From an uncultured Bacteroidales bacterium (GTDB lineage Bacteria > Bacteroidota > Bacteroidia > Bacteroidales > JAGOPY01), in the NCBI GenBank assembly GCA_964619555.1, contig CAZUDV010000002.1, positions 141,659-205,658 on the forward strand: 64,000 bases of DNA. Direction: 5' to 3'. The notes beneath the pieces were generated by a model. It ran no database searches. It was not told where the DNA came from and saw only the letters and a list, made by a program, of their open reading frames with translations. Positions within the stretch are counted from its first letter, which is position 1; every line of letters starts with the position of its first letter. A program made the position numbers and the translations under genes. Below are positions 49,782 to 57,800 of the stretch, piece by piece.

Positions 49782-50468
49782 TTAATCAAAATGGCTGTTA
49801 AAGAAGGAATTAAGAGGATGAAGCGCCCGGAAAGCTCCCTGGGAATAGTTTATGAAGTCATTGTCCATTACCAGCTTATCGCTAACGGAATGCATAACTG
49901 CATAGCTTTTATATTTAAGTAAATCAATATATGGAAAATCCGCTGAAAAACCTTTGGGAGGCTTTTTTAACTTATCCTCATCACCAAAACCGCCGTAATA
50001 TCGGGTAAAGTTTTTATCATCAATGATCTTTTTGAAATCTTCCGGCCGGTAATAGATGGCTTCCCTGATCTTCCTCAGGATTTCAGGTGGGGGGGCATAC
50101 ATACCTCCTGCAAGGAAAGAGGATCCCGGCTCGATGTGAACATAATAGCCAGCCATCGTGGAATTCTTTCCTCCCCTGGCGATATATGCCCCCATATTCG
50201 GTTTGTAGGGTGATTTATCATTTGAAAACCGGACATCCCGGTAAATCCTGAATGCACACTCCTTTGCCGTAATCAGGTCAATGGAAGTGTCAAATTGCCG
50301 GATTAGAGGGATGAGTTCATCAACAAATGCCTCGAAGATGATCCGCGCTTTCTCATAACGGGTTTTATTGGCCTGAAACCATTCTCGGTTGTTGTTTTCC
50401 TTGAGGTCTTTTAAAAAATCCAGTATTAGCCGGTCCATGTTTTTTTTCACAAAATTATCATTTTCCAC
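49782..50468 (-). CDS. DUF2461 (TIGR02453-like) family protein
   Basis: FLKDLKENNNREWFQANKTRYE, then RIYRDVRFSNDKSPYK and GGMYAPPPE blocks characteristic of this family. Confidence 0.7.
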   Translation of the reverse strand: MENDNFVKKNMDRLILDFLKDLKENNNREWFQANKTRYEKARIIFEAFVDELIPLIRQFDTSIDLITAKECAFRIYRDVRFSNDKSPYKPNMGAYIARGGKNSTMAGYYVHIEPGSSFLAGGMYAPPPEILRKIREAIYYRPEDFKKIIDDKNFTRYYGGFGDEDKLKKPPKGFSADFPYIDLLKYKSYAVMHSVSDKLVMDNDFINYSQGAFRALHPLNSFFNSHFD

Positions 50469-50476
50469 CCGATTGA

Positions 50477-50507
50477 CCGGGTATATTTTCAGAAAATGCG
50501 GATTAAG
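50477..50507 (+). promoter_or_regulatory. Copy C of the recurrent two-box upstream motif
   Basis: CCGGGTATATTTTCAGAAAATGCGGATTAAG contains the internal palindrome ATTTTC-A-GAAAAT. It lies between divergent genes, upstream of the heptamer array. Confidence 0.35.
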
Positions 50508-50513
50508 AGTAGT

Positions 50514-50583
50514 AGGCGGTCAGCGGTCGGCGGTCAGCGGTCGGCGGTCAGCGGTCGGTGGTCGGCGGTCAGCGGTCGGCGGC
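50514..50583. repeat. Tandem heptamer array, 10 units of CRGCGGT (14-nt super-unit CAGCGGTCGGCGGT)
   Basis: AGGCGGT CAGCGGT CGGCGGT CAGCGGT CGGCGGT CAGCGGT CGGTGGT CGGCGGT CAGCGGT CGGCGGC, read directly. It ends 35 nt before ATG 50618. Confidence 0.9.
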
Positions 50584-50617
50584 CATTAATTCAAATAATT
50601 AAAAAGCCTTCTTTCTT

Positions 50618-51433
50618 ATGAAATATTATTTACTTGCGGCGGCAGGATGGATGGTGATGGGCGCTGTAACGGCAAAAGGTCAGGGCATAGTAACCGGGGG
50701 GCAGAGCCAGGCCATGGGTGGCATATACACGGTCCTTGAAAATCCGTGGTCAGCAGCTGGCAATCCCGCCGGGCTTGCCCGGCTGGGACAATTCACGGTC
50801 AATTCGTCATACGAGCAGGTTTTCCTGATGAAAGAACTGGGGAAATATGCATTTGCTGCTTCCATTCCCAATCCGGCAGGATGCATCGGATTATATGCTT
50901 CTTTTGAAGGTTTTGAATCCTATTCTTCGGAAACCTTTACCCTGGCTTACGGTATGGGAATCGGAGAAGTATTCTCAGTGGGCGCCGGCTTGTTTTACAT
51001 CATCCGGAAAGCCGGTAATGAAAACCCGGCCGTGCATTCAGTGAGCTTCTCAATTGGCAGCAGGGTTAATGTTTCGGAAAAATATGTCTTTGCAATCTCC
51101 GTCTTCAATCCTTTGAATATTCATTATAAAAGTAATGAACAGGCTTCCCTCATGTCGGTTTTCAGAATCGGGGGAGGTTATAAACCATCCCGCACATTCA
51201 GCTTATTTGCAGAAGTGATCAAGGATGCAGATTATCCCGTAGCGGTGGCATTGGCATGCGAGTACAACGGTCAGGATAGAATATACCTCCGGGGAGGCAT
51301 CCGGCTGCTTCCGGCTTCCTTCAGCCTGGGCGCCGGCATCCGGCTTAAAAAGCTATTGATTGAACTGGCGGCCGGTTATCATCAGTATCTTGGAATCACT
51401 CCCGCCACATCGTTGCAGTACTGTATAAAATGA
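50618..51433 (+). CDS. Putative outer-membrane beta-barrel protein, PorV/PorQ-like
   Basis: Signal peptide, then GGQSQAMGGIYTVLENPWSAAGNPAGLARL (an NPA-containing N-terminal block, as in the PorV/PorQ/FadL-like family). Alternating beta pattern. The family call is tentative. Confidence 0.4.
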   Translation: MKYYLLAAAGWMVMGAVTAKGQGIVTGGQSQAMGGIYTVLENPWSAAGNPAGLARLGQFTVNSSYEQVFLMKELGKYAFAASIPNPAGCIGLYASFEGFESYSSETFTLAYGMGIGEVFSVGAGLFYIIRKAGNENPAVHSVSFSIGSRVNVSEKYVFAISVFNPLNIHYKSNEQASLMSVFRIGGGYKPSRTFSLFAEVIKDADYPVAVALACEYNGQDRIYLRGGIRLLPASFSLGAGIRLKKLLIELAAGYHQYLGITPATSLQYCIK

Positions 51434-53520
51434 ACACGGTCCGTCAAATAACCGGTTTCATTCTTACCGCGATCCATATAGTGGTTTTCAGAAGTGACCT
51501 GGCAGCACAGGAAATCGGATGGACCGGGAAAGAAAACCATCAATTTTTTGACGGGATGATCCTGAATGAGGAGAATGACAAATCCGCCACCGAACTTAAA
51601 GAAATGCTTGACATCTGGCTTGAAAAGCCCCTGTGCATCAATTCGGAAGAAGTCAGGCAACTGGCTGACTATGGCCTGATCAGTATTTTTCAATTCAATA
51701 AGCTGAAAGAGTATCGATTGATGTATGGTGACCTGTTATCGGTCTATGAGCTCAAAAATATCGACGGCTGGAAGATTGATCTGGCGCAAAAGATATCTCC
51801 CTACGTGAATGCAGATTGTCAGGCCATGCCCAGCCGGTCCGGTTATCATTATGAAAAGAAGTTGAAGCACCAGCTCGTCCTGAAAACCTCTTTTGATTTG
51901 CAGAAATCCAGGGGGTACCTGGACCTGACAGATGAGGACGGCCAATTATCAAGTTACTACCAGGGCAATCCAATCAGGACAGGGCTCAGGTATGACGTGA
52001 GTTTTTCCAATAGGATTGAGTCAGGATTCAGGTTGGAAAAAGACCAGGGAGAGCCGTGGGTCCTGGACAACAGGCTGGCGAAGGTGACCTATCCGATGGT
52101 AGATCATTTTTCAGGATATATTAAGCTCAATTTCAAGAGATTGTTAAAAACCGTAATACTCGGAGATTACCGCATGGTTTTCGGTTACGGTCTGAATTAT
52201 TCAGGTGGAAGCATGATAGCTGGCAGCCAGGAAGGCCTGGCTTATCCGGCGCACCGTATCAGGGCAAATACATCGGTCAGCGAAACGGGTTACCTGAGCG
52301 GAGCATCGATCTACCTTCAAAAAGGTCATTTCGGCCTTACGGGGTTCTTTTCTTACCGGAATCACAGCGGAACATCCGTAACGACTGACTCCCTGGGCGG
52401 AAAACCAGTATCATTCTCTGCTTTCGACAACTCCGGATTGCACCGTTCCATTTCAGAGATCGACCGTCGAAAAGCGATCTCGGAAAAAATCTATGGCGGC
52501 CATCTGGTATTTATGAACAACTGGTTGAAAATCGGTTTAATAAGCTATTACAATGAGTTAAGCATTCCCATCCGGGAAAAAACGGAACCCTATTCCCTAT
52601 TCAGGTATTCGGGCAGTTCCAATTTAATTTCCGGGTTGACATTTGCCACGTGGCTTCGGCGTATCCGGTTCGTGTCGGAAATGTCAATCAGCAAGAATAA
52701 ATGTCTGGGATTGATTGCCGGGGCAGAACTCATTCCCCTGGATGGAATGGCGCTTATTTTCCTCTACCGTTATATTGGTAGGAGTTATGAAAACCTTCAC
52801 AGTTCAGGTTTTGAAGGAGGCAGCAATAATCAATCGGGAGTCAGGGCAATATTAAACATGGAAACCGAATGGGGGTGGAACATTAATCTCCTTGCAGATG
52901 TTTCCAGGTATTACTGGGTTTCATATCAGATGAATGCACCAGCCAGGAAATGGCATGTAATGATAATGGCGGAAAAGACATGGCGCGACAGGGGAGCGGT
53001 CTACCTGAGCGGAAAATATCAGAAATCTTTCATGAATCCTCTGACTAATGGTAGAATAACTCATCCTGTTCCGGGAACTAAACTGAATTTCAGGATTGAA
53101 GGACGCCAAACCGTAAACCGAAGGGTGGAACTGAAGTCAAGAATTGAATGTAACAGGTACATATCCCCGGGTAAGGAGGATCCTTCCGGGTGGCTGCTTT
53201 TTCAGGACTTTGGATACAGGCCATCCGGAGTGCCGGCACATTTATGGTTCCGGATTGGTTATTTCGAGTCGGAGGATTATGAGACAAGGATTTATGCGTA
53301 TGAAAACGATGTCCTTTACGATTTCAGTTCATTCATGCACGATGGCAAGGGGATGCGGTCTGTGTTGATGTTGAAATTCTCGCCGTGGAAATGGCTGGAT
53401 TTTTGGTTCAGGATCTCAACGGTGAAATATCTCGATCGCCCGGCTATTGGTACGGGTTGGGATGAAATACGGGAAAATCATCTGGAAAAAGTGGAGTTAC
53501 AGTTAAGGGTCAAAAACTGA
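51430..53520 (+). CDS. Helix-hairpin-helix (ComEA-type) module fused to a large putative beta-barrel domain
   Basis: ATGA overlap with the upstream gene. INSEEVRQLADYGLISIFQFNKLKEYRLMYGDLLSVYELKNIDGW...KISPYV parallels NEMDETRWRKTGLDERVIRNILRYRAKGGVFRSKDDLRKIYGM...ILEPYI of ORF 164-1144. The remaining ~600 aa are beta-rich with aromatic girdles. Confidence 0.5.
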   Translation: MNTVRQITGFILTAIHIVVFRSDLAAQEIGWTGKENHQFFDGMILNEENDKSATELKEMLDIWLEKPLCINSEEVRQLADYGLISIFQFNKLKEYRLMYGDLLSVYELKNIDGWKIDLAQKISPYVNADCQAMPSRSGYHYEKKLKHQLVLKTSFDLQKSRGYLDLTDEDGQLSSYYQGNPIRTGLRYDVSFSNRIESGFRLEKDQGEPWVLDNRLAKVTYPMVDHFSGYIKLNFKRLLKTVILGDYRMVFGYGLNYSGGSMIAGSQEGLAYPAHRIRANTSVSETGYLSGASIYLQKGHFGLTGFFSYRNHSGTSVTTDSLGGKPVSFSAFDNSGLHRSISEIDRRKAISEKIYGGHLVFMNNWLKIGLISYYNELSIPIREKTEPYSLFRYSGSSNLISGLTFATWLRRIRFVSEMSISKNKCLGLIAGAELIPLDGMALIFLYRYIGRSYENLHSSGFEGGSNNQSGVRAILNMETEWGWNINLLADVSRYYWVSYQMNAPARKWHVMIMAEKTWRDRGAVYLSGKYQKSFMNPLTNGRITHPVPGTKLNFRIEGRQTVNRRVELKSRIECNRYISPGKEDPSGWLLFQDFGYRPSGVPAHLWFRIGYFESEDYETRIYAYENDVLYDFSSFMHDGKGMRSVLMLKFSPWKWLDFWFRISTVKYLDRPAIGTGWDEIRENHLEKVELQLRVKN

Positions 53521-54456
53521 TCAGTATAATTTTTCGCGCTTAAGAAGGTAGGGAAGCAGCACCTGTTTGAAGCCGTTATTAATGTCGGCTTCCACGAAAT
53601 CGATCCTGTACTGGCCACATCTGACCTTCAGTTCATCCTTAAATGATTGGACAGCCTTAATATATTCCGCCTTGACTTCCAAAGGATTAACCTTGATCTG
53701 CCGTCCCGATTCCAGATCGATGAATTTGTATGGCCGGTTTTCGAAATCGAAATCGAGTTCCTGTTTTTTATCCACTACATGGAACAGGATCACTTCGTGC
53801 TTATTATGACGCAGGTGTTGAAGGGCCGAGAAAAGCTGCTCACCGGCAATGGAGTTCTCGAACATATCCGAGAAAATCACTACCAGTGATCGTTTGTGGA
53901 TATTTTCTGCGATATGATGTAAGGCATTGGTAGCAAACGTATTCCGTCGTGTACCTTCAGAAATGGGTACCAGCATTTTCTCCATTTCGGAAAAGAGATA
54001 TTTAAAATGCACCGAACTTGATTTGGCCTCTGAGGAGAACTCGATCTTATCGGAAAATACACTCAGTCCCACGGCATCTCTTTGCTTTCGCAACAGGTAC
54101 ATAATGGAGGCTGCTGCATAAATGGAGAAAGTGATCTTGTTGGGTTTGTCGATCGACGGCTTTTCAAGTACCGGAAAGTACATCGAAGATGAATTATCGA
54201 TTACCACCTGGCACCGCAGGTTGGTTTCCTCCTCGAATCGTTTGACAAATAGTTTATCGGTCCTCCCATATAACTTCCAATCGATATGTTTGATCGATTC
54301 ACCTGAGTTATAGAGGCGATGTTCGACGAATTCAACAGAAAACCCGTGAAAGGGACTTTTGTGCAAACCCACTATGAAACCCTCAACGACTTGTCTGGCA
54401 AGGAATTCCAAAGAACCGAACTGCTGCAGCCGGTTATGATCTATGGAATAGGTCAA
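53521..54456 (-). CDS. DUF58 domain protein (MoxR/VWA-system associated family)
   Basis: HRLYNSGESIKHIDWKLYGRTDKLFVKRFEEE is the DUF58 signature. A VWA-like region follows (VVIDNSSSM). Confidence 0.8.
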   Translation of the reverse strand: MTYSIDHNRLQQFGSLEFLARQVVEGFIVGLHKSPFHGFSVEFVEHRLYNSGESIKHIDWKLYGRTDKLFVKRFEEETNLRCQVVIDNSSSMYFPVLEKPSIDKPNKITFSIYAAASIMYLLRKQRDAVGLSVFSDKIEFSSEAKSSSVHFKYLFSEMEKMLVPISEGTRRNTFATNALHHIAENIHKRSLVVIFSDMFENSIAGEQLFSALQHLRHNKHEVILFHVVDKKQELDFDFENRPYKFIDLESGRQIKVNPLEVKAEYIKAVQSFKDELKVRCGQYRIDFVEADINNGFKQVLLPYLLKREKLY

Positions 54457-54465
54457 AAGCAGGAA

Positions 54466-54783
54466 TTATAAATGGCTCTGGAGTTTCCCGACGATCACCT
54501 GTTTAGGTACTGCTCCGACCTGTTTGTCGATGACCTGACCTCCTTTGAAGAAAAGCAGGGTCGGAATACTGCGGATTCCATATTTGGCAGTGATACCCGG
54601 GTTAAAGTCAACATTTACTTTTCCCACCACTACCTTGCCTTCGTATTCATGACCAATTTCTTCTACAATCGGTCCTACCATGCGGCAAGGTCCGCACCAT
54701 TCTGCCCAAAAGTCAACGATCACAGGTTTCTCCGAATTCAGAACCATATCCTGGAAGTTACCGTCCGTTATTTCTAAAGCCAT
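54466..54783 (-). CDS. trxA: Thioredoxin
   Basis: 105 aa with VDFWAEWCGPCRM and the canonical length. Confidence 0.95.
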   Translation of the reverse strand: MALEITDGNFQDMVLNSEKPVIVDFWAEWCGPCRMVGPIVEEIGHEYEGKVVVGKVNVDFNPGITAKYGIRSIPTLLFFKGGQVIDKQVGAVPKQVIVGKLQSHL

Positions 54784-54816
54784 AAGAATATTTTTAATGT
54801 TTAAATAATGTGATCA

Positions 54817-54824
54817 CAAAGGTA
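54817..54824 (-). promoter_or_regulatory. -7 promoter box for trxA
   Basis: The minus strand reads TACCTTTG. trxA starts at 54783. The box lies 8 nt downstream of the dnaE stop. Confidence 0.4.
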
Positions 54825-54831
54825 ATAATTT

Positions 54832-57800
54832 TCAATTATTCAGCTGAAAACCGTTTACCCTGAATTCGATTTCTTCAAGTATGGAGACGGCACGGATAAA
54901 GGCAGACGGGCTGACCCTGAATTTTCGCGGATACATGTCAAGGACAAATCCTTCATCCAGATCCTGAACTTTCAGTTTCACGTCACATTCGCCGGGGTAT
55001 GACCGGAGAGCTTGATTCAACTCATTGATCAACGGATCATTAAGGCTCTTTATATCAATAAAAAGACTAACTGATTTACAGAACTTATCCAGTGCCTCGC
55101 CAAGCAGTACCATATTTTTCACCCTTACTTCCAGCCGGTTATTGCGCCTGTTTGCTTCGATCCTTCCGAATATAAGCAGATAGGTACCTTCCACGAGGAG
55201 GTGCCGGAATCGCATAAAGTCATCTGAGAACAAAGACAATTGATAAGTATCGGAAAAGTCTTCCAGTTCAAAGTTGGCGTACTGGCTGCCGGTCTTGGCC
55301 GTCCGGATATCGACTGAATTGATCATACCGGCAAAGGAAACTGCTTTTGACTGGTATTTCGACAGACCGCTGTTCAGGTCCTGAAAAGTGACGTTGCAAA
55401 ATGCATCAATTTCAGCCTTGTAAATATCCAGGGGATGTCCCGAGATATAAAAACCGGTAACTTCCCGTTCGTGTTTGAGTTGCTGGTGTTTGGACCAGGG
55501 CTGGCAATCCGGTATTTTAGGATCAGGCAGTTCAATGGGCATATTTTCTCCAAACAGCGAATGTTGCGCTGATTGTTGTTTTTCCTGGAACAGCCCGGCA
55601 TGCCGGATCACTTTCTCCAGGAATATAGAGTCATCCGTATTCTCGCGGTGAAAGTACTGGGCCCGGTGAGCCCCTTCGAAGCAGTCAAAGGCACCGGCAA
55701 AAGCCAGGGCTTCCATCGACCTCTTATTGACCGCCCTGAGGTTGACCCTCTTGGCAAAGTCGAAAATATTCCGGAAAGGCCCGTTCTGGTTCCGTTCCGC
55801 GATGATAGCTTCAACGGCAGACTCACCCACGCCTTTGATCGCGGCCATCCCAAATCGTATCTCTCCCTTTTTATTGACCACAAAATGCAGATCCGACTCA
55901 TTGACGTCAGGGCCCAGGACAGGAATATGCAGATGTTTGCACTCGTCGATGAAGAAGGTTATCTTTTTGATTTCCGTGAGATGGCGGCTGAGGACCGCGG
56001 CCATGAACTCCGCCGGGTAATGCGCTTTCAGGTAGGCCATTCTGTAAGAGACCACCGCATAACAGGTGGAATGTGATTTATTAAAGGCATAACCGGCAAA
56101 AGCTTCCCAGTCCTGCCAGATCTTCTCCAGTTGCTCTTCCGGATATCCGTTTTTCTTCCCTCCTTCGATGAAATTTGCCTTTAATTCATCAATGATCTCC
56201 TTTTTCTTTTTGCCCATGCCTTTGCGAAGGGCATCGGCCTTCCCTTTGGTAAATCCGGCCAGCAGTTGTGAGAGGAGCATCACCTGCTCCTGGTAAACTG
56301 TAATGCCGTATGTTTCCTTGAGGATCTCCTCCATTTCGGGTATCGGGTATTCAATTTTCTCTTTCCCGTGCTTTCTCCTGATGTAATTCGGGATGTACTC
56401 CATCGGTCCCGGGCGGTAGAGGGCATTCATGGCGATCAGGTCCTCGAACCGGTTTGGTTTCAACTCCCTCAGGTTCTTCTTCATGCCTTCGGATTCGAAC
56501 TGGAAGATGCCGTTGGTATCTCCGTTGGAATAAAGCCTGAAGGTATCCGGATCATCGGCAGGTATTTGTTCAATATCGATGGCGACACCTTTAGACCGCC
56601 TGATATTATCCAAAGCGTCTTTAATGATTGACAGAGTTTTGAGCCCAAGGAAGTCCATCTTCAGCATCCCGACGCTTTCGATCTGGCTTCCTTCGTACTG
56701 GGTTGCGAGCATATCCGACTCCTTGGTAATGCTGAGAGGGATCAGGTCAATGAGGTCATTTTTACCGATAATGATCCCGCAGGCGTGTGTACCCGTGCTT
56801 CTGACCTGTCCTTCAATTCGTTCCGCGCCCTGGAGCGTTTCCTGCACCAGTGGTTCCCCCTCCCTGCGTTCCCGGAGCAGATCCGGTGACTCGGTATAGG
56901 CTTCCTTGAAAGTCACACCCGGTTTACCGGGCACCAGTTTGGAAAGCCGGTCGGATTCATTGAGCGATAGCTGTTTCACACGTGCAATATCGCGGATGGC
57001 ACCCCTGGGCGCCATCCGGCCAAAAGTAATGACCTGGGCGACCCTGCCGGCGCCATACCGGTCCACTACCCATCTCAAAACCCGTTCCCTTCCATCTTCA
57101 TCGAAATCTATATCAATATCCGGCAAGGAGATCCGGTCAGGGTTGAGAAACCGTTCGAACAGCAGATTAAATTTTATCGGATCCACATCCGTGATCCTCA
57201 GGCAATAAGCTACCACTGAACCAGCAGCCGAACCTCTTCCCGGGCCAACAGAAACACCCATGCTCCGGGCCTGGTGCAGTATTTCCTGCACGATCAGGAA
57301 ATACCCCGGATAACCCATCCGTTTAATAGTGGCCAACTCAAAATCGATCCGTTCCTGTATTTCAGGTGTGACGGCACCGTATCTCCATTCGGCGCCTTTG
57401 TTGGTAAGATATCGGAGGTACTCGTTGGCATCATCGAAACCCTCCGGAATCGGATAGTCCGGCATCAAAGGGTCCCGTTTGACCTGATAAGATTCTACCT
57501 GATCTGCAATATGAGCCGTTGTTTCCAGTGCTTCAGGCATATCCCGGAAAAGTTCCAGCATTTCACTCCGTGATTTGAGATAATATTCCTTGCTGGGAAA
57601 TCCGAACCGGAATCCTCTCCCCTTCCCCACCGGTGTTGATTGATACTCATTGAGCTGCAGGCAAAGGATCATGTCATGAATGTCATGATCGTCCTTTTCC
57701 AGGTAATAAACGCTATTGGCCGCAAAGTACCGGACATTATACTTTTTGGCAAACCTCAGCAGGATTTTATTGACGTGCTCTTCTTCCGGCAGGCCGTGGC

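Noticed and set aside
49695-49922. 75-aa plus-strand ORF at the 3' end of the DUF2461 gene.
   Set aside because: It overlaps the well-supported minus-strand gene by 140 nt, and the remainder is AT-rich low-complexity sequence. It is probably spurious.
50389-50589. 66-aa ORF translating the heptamer array into RSAVSGRRSAVGGRRSAVGG.
   Set aside because: It starts inside the opposite-strand DUF2461 gene and is simply the reading of a DNA tandem repeat. There is no start context or plausible protein domain.
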